DNA of 64,000 nt from Cyanobacteria bacterium P01_A01_bin.123. Lineage in GTDB: Bacteria > Cyanobacteriota > Cyanobacteriia > Phormidesmidales > Phormidesmidaceae. The stretch spans positions 32,290 through 96,289 of the forward strand of contig JBCBZT010000032.1 of NCBI GenBank assembly GCA_039815185.1, read 5' to 3'. Below the pieces are notes generated by a model. The model searched no databases, was not told where the DNA came from, and saw only the letters and a list, made by a program, of their open reading frames with translations. Shown here piece after piece: positions 35,610-44,983 of the stretch. The position numbers and the translations under genes are program-made. The stretch's first letter is position 1. Each line of letters opens with the position of its first letter.

Positions 35610-36650
35610 ATGACCGCTAATGTTGTAACCCGGCTTAACCGCAGCGTGCGGCAACTGGATGGGGTATTTCTGACCATTGCCCTCATTCTCATTGCCCTTG
35701 CCCTTCTCATTCCATCTCAGCTTTCAGAGAGTGTACGCTTTACTCTGGTCAGCCTGTGGCGAGTGTCGCCCTTTCTGCTGTTGTCGATTGGGATTGCTGC
35801 CTACGCCCAGGCCAGTGGTGCTGATAACCTGATTGCCAGGGCGTTTCAAGGTCGCATTTCGGTGATGATTCCCGTGGCGGCACTCATTGGCGCATTCTCT
35901 CCCTTTTGCTCTTGCGGGGTGATTCCGTTGATTGCGGCATTGTTGTCGATGGGGGTTCCCGTCGCGGCGGTAATGGCGTTCTGGTTATCTTCGCCGTTGA
36001 TGGATCCTTCTATGTTTGTATTGACTGTAGGGACTTTAGGGTTCCAGTTCGCGATCGCTAAAACCATAGCCACTGTGGGTATTGGGCTGCTGGGTGGCTT
36101 CGGGACTCTAATGCTGATGAATGTGGGTGTTTCAACCCAATCGTTTACTCAGCCACTTAAAGATAATGTAGGCAATGGGGGGTGTGCAGGCAGCAAGATC
36201 CGCAAGCCCAAGACCATTGCCTGGCAATTTTGGTCTGACTCAGAGCGGCGACAAAAGTTTTGGCAAGGGGCCAGGAAAAATGCCTGGTTTCTGGGCAAGT
36301 GGCTCGCGCTGGCCTTTGTCTTAGAGAGTTTGATGTTGGTTTATGTCCCTGATGGTTGGATTGGAGCGATCGCAGGTGATGATAGCCTGCTGGCTATTGT
36401 GGGTTCTGCCCTAGTCGGCATTCCCGCCTACCTCAATGGCTATGCTGCCCTTCCCTTAGTCGGAGGTTTGATTCAACAAGGGATGAATCCCGGTGCAGGC
36501 ATGGCATTTCTTTTGGCCGGGGGCGCGACCAGTATTCCCGCCATGATTGCAGTGTTTGCCTTGGCCCGTCGTCCGATCTTCTTGGCATACCTTGGTTTTG
36601 CGTTTATTGGGTCAGTGCTGGCTGGCTTTATCTTTAGTGCATTGGCATAA
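35610..36650 (+). CDS. ArsP/DUF318-type permease
   Basis: SPFCSCGVIP, FWLSSPLMDP, VGIPAYLNG, GAGMAFLLAG. Confidence 0.85.
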   Translation: MTANVVTRLNRSVRQLDGVFLTIALILIALALLIPSQLSESVRFTLVSLWRVSPFLLLSIGIAAYAQASGADNLIARAFQGRISVMIPVAALIGAFSPFCSCGVIPLIAALLSMGVPVAAVMAFWLSSPLMDPSMFVLTVGTLGFQFAIAKTIATVGIGLLGGFGTLMLMNVGVSTQSFTQPLKDNVGNGGCAGSKIRKPKTIAWQFWSDSERRQKFWQGARKNAWFLGKWLALAFVLESLMLVYVPDGWIGAIAGDDSLLAIVGSALVGIPAYLNGYAALPLVGGLIQQGMNPGAGMAFLLAGGATSIPAMIAVFALARRPIFLAYLGFAFIGSVLAGFIFSALA

Positions 36651-36777
36651 CAGCGCATTGGCACAACACCGAGCCATTGCTGTTCAAAACCAGGGAAGCT
36701 GATTTAATGTCGAGAACGGGCAGATCGTTGATCGTTGATGGCACAGCGTCTTTGAAACACCGAAACACCTTTAGGCA

Positions 36778-38112
36778 TTAACCCACCAACAAATCTTCTT
36801 CGGGATAATGAATCACGCTGGGATTAGGATCCCCTAGAATCGCCCCCATAAACAGCAATACGCCGACCCGCCCGACATACATCGTGACGATGATTAACAA
36901 TTTGCCCAACTCCGACAGATCCGCGGTAATGCCTGTGGACAAACCAACTGTGGCAAAGGCCGACACCACCTCAAACAAAATAGTCAAAAAGCTAAAGTCA
37001 GAATCAGTTAGGGAAATGAGCGTTGTGACGCCAATAACTGTGAGGCCAGACCCGACGACAACCCCCACTGCTTTCAATACCCGGGCAGTCGGAATCTCTC
37101 GTTGATAAGTCAACACTTCTTCTTTGCCTTGGAGCACCATCCGAGTACACACCATCAAGATACGAAAGGTGGTGGTTTTGATGCCACCTCCCGTACTACC
37201 AGGGCTCGCGCCGATAAACATCAACGCAATCACAATAAACAGGGTGACATTTTCCATGCTGCCAATATCGATGCTATTAAATCCGGCAGTACGGGTAATG
37301 ACAGATTGAAACGACGCTGCTAACACCTTGTTGCCGAAACTGAGCGTGCCGAGGGTCATCGGGTTGTCAAATTCGGTGGCAAAAATAGCAAATAGGCCTA
37401 CAGTCAACAACAGCAGTGTCGTGCTGGTAACGATTTTGAAGTGGAGGGAAAATACTGCCCTTTCCCGTCGGCCTCGTAGGCGATCGCGCAGCCAATGGTA
37501 CCCACTCATAATTACCTGGTAGCCAATGCCGCCCAAAATCACTAAGGCCGAGATCACACCCATGATCCAGGGAGAATCGACATAACCCACTAAGCTATCT
37601 TCAAACAGGCTAAAGCCGGCATTGTTGAAGGCGCTGATGCTGTGAAAAACGGCTAGCCATAAGCCGTACAACGAACCAAAGTCTTCGGTAAACCGAGGCA
37701 ACATCGCGATAATGCCTGTGAGTTCTAACAGTAAGGTAGTCGCAATAATAGACACGACCAGTGACCTGGCTCCAGAGAGTTCACTTTTGTCCATCGATTG
37801 CTGAATTGCCATGCGATCGCGTAGGCTCAGGCGTCGCCCCAACAGCAGCAATAAAAAGGTGGTGGCGGTCATATAGCCCAGCCCCCCCAGCTGAATCAGC
37901 AGCAGAATGATGAAATCCCCAAGGGGCGAAAAGTAGCTGCCAGTATCGACCACAATCAACCCGGTGACACACACCGCTGAAGTCGCAGTAAATAGGGCCA
38001 CTAGCGGCTGGTTCCAAGTGCCTTCGGCGGTGGAAAAGGGCAGCATCAACAGCACCGTGCCGATGGCAATTAACGTCAAGAATCCAAAGCAAATGGAACG
38101 TGAAACCGTCAT
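36778..38112 (-). CDS. ktrB: Ktr/Trk potassium uptake membrane subunit
   Basis: SAVCVTGL, SAFNNAGF, TRTAGF, GSTGGGIK, SAFATVGLS pore loops. Confidence 0.9.
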   Translation of the reverse strand: MTVSRSICFGFLTLIAIGTVLLMLPFSTAEGTWNQPLVALFTATSAVCVTGLIVVDTGSYFSPLGDFIILLLIQLGGLGYMTATTFLLLLLGRRLSLRDRMAIQQSMDKSELSGARSLVVSIIATTLLLELTGIIAMLPRFTEDFGSLYGLWLAVFHSISAFNNAGFSLFEDSLVGYVDSPWIMGVISALVILGGIGYQVIMSGYHWLRDRLRGRRERAVFSLHFKIVTSTTLLLLTVGLFAIFATEFDNPMTLGTLSFGNKVLAASFQSVITRTAGFNSIDIGSMENVTLFIVIALMFIGASPGSTGGGIKTTTFRILMVCTRMVLQGKEEVLTYQREIPTARVLKAVGVVVGSGLTVIGVTTLISLTDSDFSFLTILFEVVSAFATVGLSTGITADLSELGKLLIIVTMYVGRVGVLLFMGAILGDPNPSVIHYPEEDLLVG

Positions 38113-38133
38113 TGAGCTAATTCCTGCAAATCA

Positions 38134-38222
38134 ACCTGGTTCAAATCCAGATCCCTAATTTTCCCGTTGTAGGGCGCAAGCTCTGCACGCCTACCCAAGG
38201 TTTCAAATCGGATGTGGTTTAA
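38134..38222. repeat. Dispersed repeat copy 2 with internal REP-like GTAGGGCG...CGCCTAC
   Basis: ATCCAGATCCC and TTTCAAATCGGATGTGGTTTAA shared with 15295-15360. Confidence 0.6.
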
Positions 38223-38366
38223 ACAGCCCTATCTTTTCATGCCTAATGGCGTTGTGGTGGGTTTAAGGAAGAAACCCTAATGCGGATTCCCCCCGTTATG
38301 GAACAATCCACATTAGGATCAGGGCTAGCATTAGCCTCTACTGTTGTGCCTCGATTGTTGCTACCG

Positions 38367-39248
38367 ATGACTTCCACCGCTAATTTATATCAGCAAATTC
38401 AGCAGTTTTACGACGCCACTTCGGGCCTCTGGGAGCAGGTCTGGGGGGAGCATATGCACCACGGCTATTATGGCTCCACAGGAACCCACCAGAAGAATCG
38501 TCGCCAAGCCCAAATCGATCTCAATGAAGAAGTCCTCGCCTGGGGAAAGGTAACTCAAGCCAACTCGATTTTAGATGTGGGCTGCGGCATTGGCGGCAGC
38601 ACCCTCTATCTAGCTGAAAAATATAATGCCCGGGCGATTGGCATTACCCTCAGCCCAGTCCAGGCAGAAAGGGCTAAGGCGCGATCGCAGGCGGCTGGAC
38701 TAGACCCAGATCCTAACCATCCAGACAAGATTCCCCTAGCCACATTTCAGATTGCCAATGCCCTTGAAATGCCTTTTGAAGACAACCAATTTGACTTGAT
38801 TTGGTCGATGGAGAGCGGCGAACACATGCCCGACAAACAGAAATTTTTGCAGGAGTGCTATCAGCTTTTGAAACCGGGGGGTACGTTTTTGATGGCTACC
38901 TGGTGTCACCGACCCACAAATACGCTGGCTGGCACCCTGACTCCAGACGAACAGAACCACCTACAGCAAATTTACGACATCTATTGCTTGCCCTATGTGA
39001 TTTCGCTGCTGGATTATGACGCGATCGCCCGTCAAGTGGGCTTCCAATCCATTCGTACCGCAGACTGGTCAACAGCGGTTGCTCCTTTTTGGAACCTGGT
39101 CATCGATTCGGCGATTAATCTGGACGCGATCGCCGGGATTGTCAAAGTCGGGTGGCCTGCCATTCAAGGTACATTCGCCCTACAGCTCATGGGCCAAGGA
39201 TTCAATCGTGGGCTAATCCGCTATGGTTTGCTGTGCGGCACTAAGTAG
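38367..39248 (+). CDS. Gamma-tocopherol methyltransferase (VTE4-like)
   Basis: FYDATSGLWEQVWGEHMHHGYY, LDVGCGIGGS, WSMESGEHMPDK. Confidence 0.88.
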   Translation: MTSTANLYQQIQQFYDATSGLWEQVWGEHMHHGYYGSTGTHQKNRRQAQIDLNEEVLAWGKVTQANSILDVGCGIGGSTLYLAEKYNARAIGITLSPVQAERAKARSQAAGLDPDPNHPDKIPLATFQIANALEMPFEDNQFDLIWSMESGEHMPDKQKFLQECYQLLKPGGTFLMATWCHRPTNTLAGTLTPDEQNHLQQIYDIYCLPYVISLLDYDAIARQVGFQSIRTADWSTAVAPFWNLVIDSAINLDAIAGIVKVGWPAIQGTFALQLMGQGFNRGLIRYGLLCGTK

Positions 39249-39258
39249 GGAGCACCTA

Positions 39259-39870
39259 CTAGGCGAGAATAGCAACTGGGCTCGATAACGCCACTAGGAA
39301 GTTTCTAAGCAGTTGCTTACCGGATGACGTCAAAACACTCTCTGGGTGAAACTGCACCCCTTGAACCCAGGGATAATCGCGATGGCGCAGTCCCATGATT
39401 GTGCCATCTGCCACCCAAGCCGTGATTTCCAAGCAGGCAGGACAACTCGTGCGATCGACTACCAGACTGTGATAACGTGTCGCCACAAAAGGTTGGTCTA
39501 ACCCTTCAAACACGCCAATACCCGTATGATGAACCTCTGAAGTTTTGCCATGCATCAATTCAGGAGCTGACGTGATCGTGCCGCCAAATACTTGGCCAAT
39601 GCTTTGGTGACCCAGACAGACCCCCAAAATGGGCAGCGTCTTGTGAAATCGCTCAATCAAAGCTAGCGAAATGCCAGCTTCGTTGGGGGTTCCAGGGCCA
39701 GGGGAAATGACAATGCCATCGGGGGTTAGGCGTTCAATTTCATCTAGGGAAATTTGGTCGTTACGATAGACCTGAATTTCGTTGGCAACGGGGAGGTTCT
39801 GACCTAGTTCACCCAGATATTGCACCAAGTTGTAGGTGAAGCTGTCATAGTTATCGATGACTAAAATCAT
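39259..39870 (-). CDS. trpG: Anthranilate/aminodeoxychorismate synthase glutamine amidotransferase
   Basis: [29 protein letters not shown]. Confidence 0.92.
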   Translation of the reverse strand: MILVIDNYDSFTYNLVQYLGELGQNLPVANEIQVYRNDQISLDEIERLTPDGIVISPGPGTPNEAGISLALIERFHKTLPILGVCLGHQSIGQVFGGTITSAPELMHGKTSEVHHTGIGVFEGLDQPFVATRYHSLVVDRTSCPACLEITAWVADGTIMGLRHRDYPWVQGVQFHPESVLTSSGKQLLRNFLVALSSPVAILA

Positions 39871-39929
39871 AGACTTGATAGGTGGGATATGTAGGGTTAA
39901 TAGGGCGGGGCGAATGGGAACTCACAGGG

Positions 39930-40421
39930 CTAATGGGGCAGGGTTAACGAGGGCATGCCATAGGTTTGGCCTAAATCTAGCAAGGGCGGCAGCAACAGGC
40001 AGGCCGCTACCATAATCGATGCAAAGGCCGCGATTAAAACAGCAGCAGCGGCACAGTCTTTAGCAATTTTGGCCAGTTCGTGATAAGTCTGCTGAACGGT
40101 CAAATCAACCACCGATTCTAAGGCTGTGTTGATCAGCTCTAAGGCCAGTACAGCGCTAATCGTTAGGCTGAAAATGGCCACTTCAATACGGCTGAGATGC
40201 AGGAGGATACATAGGCTCAGCACGATAACTGCAATCACACTATGGACACGAAAGTTTCGCTGGGTGCGGAGGGCGTAGAGGATGCCTGCCCCTGCATATT
40301 TAAAGCTAACTAATAGATTAGAGGCAACCTGCCAAGCCATATCTCGATCCGCCGGGACGTTCGATGGAGAAGCTCCTTGAACTGAGAGGGGCGCTTTTTC
40401 TGAGGTTGGCATCGGCTTCAA
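39930..40421 (-). CDS. dgkA: Diacylglycerol/undecaprenol kinase
   Basis: SFKYA..GI.YA...QRNFR.H, ELINTALESVVD, AKDCAAAAV. Confidence 0.9.
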   Translation of the reverse strand: MKPMPTSEKAPLSVQGASPSNVPADRDMAWQVASNLLVSFKYAGAGILYALRTQRNFRVHSVIAVIVLSLCILLHLSRIEVAIFSLTISAVLALELINTALESVVDLTVQQTYHELAKIAKDCAAAAVLIAAFASIMVAACLLLPPLLDLGQTYGMPSLTLPH

Positions 40422-40539
40422 ATCCAGAAAAGGTTTACCAATTGTCGATCCGCTGCGGCTAGGCTACCTCATAGTAGCCCTGATTTTAAGGAATCTGTTG
40501 CAGTAAATCAGTGTTGAGGGCCAGATCAGCAATCAGGGA

Positions 40540-41082
40540 TCACTCAGACACCCCCAGCAGTACAGTCTGCTTGATCAATTGCGCTTGCTGCTCCAGCATC
40601 TGGGCTAAGTCATGATCATCGAGATGGTCCCAACCCAGTAAGTGCAATAGGCCGTGGGTCGCCAACCACATTAACTCTTGGGTTAGGTCATGACCTTGGC
40701 TTTCAGCTTGGCGCTGGGCAGTTTCCAAGGAAATGACCAAATCTCCCAAGTAAAGCGGTTCAGCTTCTAACAGTTCTGGAAACTGGTGCCCTGTGGTTTC
40801 GAGAGCGGCAAAGGCGAGTACATCGGTGGGCTGATCGCGATCGCGATATTGGGCATTCCACTGTTGAATCTGGCGGTCGGTCGTGAGCTGTAGGCTGAGG
40901 GCGTACTGGTTGATTGGTGACAGGGTGACTGCCATGGCATTGACCCAGCTTTCAAACCAAAACTGCCAGGTAGATTTTGTCGGTACGCGATCGCGCCAAT
41001 TTTTTATTCCAGCAAACTGTACCAGCACCTCCACTTGACATTGAGAGCTGGTCTTAATCCTAGCCCTGGTTGAATGCTCCAC
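40540..41082 (-). CDS. ybeY: rRNA maturation endoribonuclease YbeY
   Basis: PTDVLAF, LGDLVIS, HGLLHLLGWDH; start uncertain. Confidence 0.93.
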   Translation of the reverse strand: MEHSTRARIKTSSQCQVEVLVQFAGIKNWRDRVPTKSTWQFWFESWVNAMAVTLSPINQYALSLQLTTDRQIQQWNAQYRDRDQPTDVLAFAALETTGHQFPELLEAEPLYLGDLVISLETAQRQAESQGHDLTQELMWLATHGLLHLLGWDHLDDHDLAQMLEQQAQLIKQTVLLGVSE

Positions 41083-41092
41083 TAAGTTAGTC

Positions 41093-41311
41093 CTACCGTG
41101 TTAAATAAGCTAAACCCACCAGCAACCCCAGTAACCCCGCTGCTGTCAAACTAAAGTGAAACAGAGACTTTGCGCCTTTTTTTACCATATTGCGCATGGC
41201 CAGCTTGACATAACTCGGGGGAGCTTCCTGGGTGCTAGAAGGTGCCGAGGCTAAATTTTCAGGGGCGAGGTTGTCTGTCGTCGTTGAAGAATCTGTCATA
41301 GCGCAATCCAA
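41093..41311 (-). CDS. DUF3285-type small membrane protein
   Basis: PSYVKLAMRNMVKKG.KSL.HF.L; typical prfB-ybeY neighbourhood. Confidence 0.8.
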   Translation of the reverse strand: MDCAMTDSSTTTDNLAPENLASAPSSTQEAPPSYVKLAMRNMVKKGAKSLFHFSLTAAGLLGLLVGLAYLTR

Positions 41312-41378
41312 TTGATGGCGTGAAAATCTCTCCCTATTGTCACCTGGTTTGAATCACGGTGACAAATTGAACGATCGG

Positions 41379-42504
41379 CTACGCTGACGTTCCTTCTATT
41401 CCTAGGTTTTCCTGGCGCAGATAGGCTTGGATAAAGGCGTCTAAATCTCCGGCCATGACGTCATCAACGGCAGTGGTTTCAACCCCAGTGCGCAAATCTT
41501 TAACCATTTGGTAAGGGTGAAATACATAGTTACGAATTTGGTTTCCCCAGGCCGCTTCAACCATATCGCCGCGAATGTCGGCAATTTCTCGAGCCCGCTG
41601 CTCTTGGGCCACAATCAGCAGCTTGGCTTTCAAGAGTGCCATGGCCTTTTCTCGGTTTTGCAGCTGCGATCGCTCTTGGGTACAGCGCACTGAGATCCCC
41701 GTGGGTAAGTGCGTAATCCGCACGGCAGTTTCTACCTTATTGACGTTTTGACCCCCAGCGCCTCCAGAACGAGACGTTTTAATTTCGAGATCCTTTTCTG
41801 GCAGATCGACCTCAACGTCTTCACTTAACACCGGCATGATCTCAATTCCGGCAAAACTGGTTTGGCGCTTGCCGTTGGCATTAAAGGGGGAAATTCTCAC
41901 CAAGCGATGAGTCCCTTTCTCTGATCTGAGATAGCCATAGGCATAGCGCCCGTCAACCTCTAGGGTGGCAGATTTCAACCCCGCCTCATCCCCCTCAGAA
42001 ATCTCGACCAGGTTGACCTTAAAGCCGTTTTGTTCACCCCAGCGTTTGTACATCCGTAGCAGCATCTCAGCCCAGTCTTGGGCATCAGTCCCCCCTGCCC
42101 CCGCCGTAATTGTGAGTACGGCTCCCGTTTTGTCATAGGGGCCAGAGAGTAGCTGCTGGAGTTCCCACTGTTCTAATTCGCGGCTCAGCTTGACAACGTT
42201 TCCCTGAGCTTCTTCAAACAGCAGTGCATCAGAATCATCTTCTAGCAATTCTAAAATTGCCTGGGTATCTTCTACGCTGGTTTGCCACTGGTGAAGCTGA
42301 TCGAGATGGGATTTGTGCTCGTTGAGCTCTTGCAGCACTTGTTGGGCCTGGGTTTGATTTTCCCAAAACTCAGGTTGTGCTGCGGTTGCTTCTAAATCTG
42401 TAATCTTTGCTTGCAGCGCTGGGACGTCAAAGATACTCCTGAGTTTTACCCAGGCGGTTAGTGAGTAGGTCAAGCTCTCGCTTAATGTCGGAAGTTTCTA
42501 TCAT
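41379..42504 (-). CDS. prfB: Peptide chain release factor 2 with programmed +1 frameshift
   Basis: ATG 42504, 25 codons, then AGGAG-TAT-CTT-TGA-C; second frame has SPF and GGQ motifs. Confidence 0.96.
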
Positions 42505-42642
42505 GGTTGCCTGTCGGTTCAAGTCGTGAAAAGTATAGATTCGTAAGGTGTAAGGGTGAGGAGCTAAATCACCCCCCTTAGCCCTTGCCGCTTAAGCGAA
42601 TCGGTGTTCTCAAGCACCTATCATCGTAAGTATCGCCGACAA

Positions 42643-43368
42643 CTAGTCACGATTAATGGCAATTAACAATCGCAAAATAAAGACAAACAGGTTGATGTAA
42701 GTCAAATACATCGACAAGGAAGCTGAGAGATACTGCTCGTCTTTATAAGTACGCGGCAAAATGAAGAAATCGACTACGGCTGCGCCGACGAATAGCAATA
42801 CCCCAATAGCAGAGATGGCAACTTCCATGAACTGCGGGGTTTGCACTCCAAACAGCGCTAGCCCCAGTTGAATCATCAGCACCACAAATAGAGCAATGAT
42901 GCCGAGGCCAATGGTTTTGGTTAGGGCAAAGCCATCTTCCTCAGAGAGATTAGACCCAATTGAGCGGGCTGCAACAAAGGTCACGCCACAACCCAAGGCA
43001 GAAATACCGACCCCAGTCATGCCCACACCAGAAGAGCTGAGCGCTACGTAAACGAGGCCACTCAGGGTGTATCCAGATAACAGACTGTAGGTTGCTAGTA
43101 GCGGTAAAGCTGTGGTGTTATTGCCCTTTTCAGCAATCCCTCGAGCGACAAAGAAAAGCACCAGTTCAGCAACAAGGGCGGCAAAAAAGGTGGGCATAAA
43201 CAACCCAGGATTGGTGCCCAATACGCGAATACCGGCAAAGGTTCCTAGGGCGGTGAGCACTAACCCACCACCCACGTAGGGCAGTGCATTGGCGATCACA
43301 TTAGGGCCAACGATCGCCTGTCCGTTGGCGTTGCGAAACGCTTCGCGAAGATTGCTCGTATTGCTCAT
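42643..43368 (-). CDS. Bax inhibitor-1/YccA family membrane protein
   Basis: About 7 TM segments; C-terminal SMYLTYINLFVFILRLL. Confidence 0.88.
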   Translation of the reverse strand: MSNTSNLREAFRNANGQAIVGPNVIANALPYVGGGLVLTALGTFAGIRVLGTNPGLFMPTFFAALVAELVLFFVARGIAEKGNNTTALPLLATYSLLSGYTLSGLVYVALSSSGVGMTGVGISALGCGVTFVAARSIGSNLSEEDGFALTKTIGLGIIALFVVLMIQLGLALFGVQTPQFMEVAISAIGVLLFVGAAVVDFFILPRTYKDEQYLSASLSMYLTYINLFVFILRLLIAINRD

Positions 43369-43768
43369 GGAGCTTCCCCTTAGAGATTTCAAAAGAAAAG
43401 TGGTTATCCAACTATATTACCGAAACCCTAAGGAAAAGCAGATAGGAGGCCCTACTTGGCCAGGAGCCGTTAGAGGCGGCCTAGAACCCTTGGGGGTCAG
43501 CGTGAGAAATTGCCTCAATGTTCAGATTTTTGCAAGTGTGAGGTTGCGATCTCACACGGATTACCTTGGGGCACACAATTTGTGAGAGATATTTTCCCAG
43601 AATTAACCCTCGAATTTTCAAGGGTTTTCAGGTTTTTTCCCGTATTTACTCGTAGACCTATTTAGGTGGCCTCCGAGAGTACCGTAGATCAACGATGGTG
43701 TCGGAGTGTTCCAATTTGGAAAATGTATTCAATCGATGATTTCGCTCGACACAAGGTACTCCGCAGAT

Positions 43769-44554
43769 ATGACTAATCAATCCTCGACTCTCCGCTCTCG
43801 TGGCATGGAACTGCTGATGTCCTACAAGCAGAATCCTTCCGTTGGTCTCCGCAACAAGCTCGTCAAGCTCAATGCTGGTTTGGTTCGCAAAATTGCTCAC
43901 CGTGTCAGTCATCAGTGTTCTGAACCCTACGAAGATCTCGAGCAAATTGGCTATCTAGGCCTAATTCGCGCCATTGAGCGGTTCAACCCCAGCCAGGGGT
44001 GCGCATTCAGTTCATTTGCAGTCCCTTATATTCGGGGTGAGATGCTGCACTTCCTGCGCGATCGCGGCACTACTATTAAGATTCCCCGTCGTTGGCAAGA
44101 TCTACAAAAAGAAGGTCAAAAAAAGCAAGCTGAGCTGTTACGTCAGTTGGGTCGCCAGCCCAACGACATTGAAATGGCTGCTGCAATGTCAATCTCTGTC
44201 GAAGAGTGGCGTGAAGTTAAGCTGGCCGGGAAGAATCGGATGCCCCTCAGCTTGGATGCAACGGTTTGTCAGCAAATGGATTCTTCCATCACTCTGGGCG
44301 ATACGCTGCCCGATGCTCATTATCAATTGTTGCAGGCCTTAGAAGAAGACCGCCAGCAACTCCAACGTGCCCTTAGCCAGTTAGAAGACAAGACTCGTTC
44401 TGCTATTGAGTTTGTCTTCTTCAAAGGACTCTCTCGCAAGGAAGTGGCCGAAAAGATTGGCGTTAGCCCCATGACCGTCACCCGTCGGATTCAACGGGGC
44501 GTCGACCAGATGATTGCTTTCTTGCAGCCCCAAGTGCTGCAAACTGATCCTTAA
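43769..44554 (+). CDS. sigF: RNA polymerase sigma factor SigF
   Basis: LRNKLVKLNAGLVRK.AHR, DLEQIGYLGLIRAIERF, FAVPYIRGE.LHFLRD, GVSPMTVTRR. Confidence 0.92.
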   Translation: MTNQSSTLRSRGMELLMSYKQNPSVGLRNKLVKLNAGLVRKIAHRVSHQCSEPYEDLEQIGYLGLIRAIERFNPSQGCAFSSFAVPYIRGEMLHFLRDRGTTIKIPRRWQDLQKEGQKKQAELLRQLGRQPNDIEMAAAMSISVEEWREVKLAGKNRMPLSLDATVCQQMDSSITLGDTLPDAHYQLLQALEEDRQQLQRALSQLEDKTRSAIEFVFFKGLSRKEVAEKIGVSPMTVTRRIQRGVDQMIAFLQPQVLQTDP

Positions 44555-44724
44555 GTTTGCGAAAGCTGATTTTCTAAAAAGTTTAGTTGACTCGGCTGTT
44601 CCCTCGTTTGAAGTAGTAGGATTTCCTGAAATCGCACCGATTCATTAGGGCTAGTTAGCCGATTGGCACTAACCTTAACCCTAAGTTGTGTCGAGTATAT
44701 CAATACCACCTGATATCGATTAAT

Positions 44725-44760
44725 GCGAGAGCAGTCTTTAGATTGCTCTCGCTTTATTGT
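44725..44760 (+). terminator. Hairpin with T-rich tail downstream of sigF
   Basis: GCGAGAGCAGTC-TTTA-GATTGCTCTCGC followed by TTTATTGT. Confidence 0.5.
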
Positions 44761-44983
44761 TTAAATCTTGGCCACATCCAAATAAACAGCTCTTCTGAAC
44801 TAAAAGCTTAAGCGTTCTCCCTCAGCTAAAATTTCTTCTTCGGAGACGCTGCCCGAACAAGGTTTTCAAATCGGATATGGGTTAGACCGTCTCCTTTAAG
44901 GACTGTCTACTATTGACCCGATGATCAGGATATTTTTGATAGCCTGAGGGCTATAGGTTCTTTATTCTTGTCGGTTGAACGGT

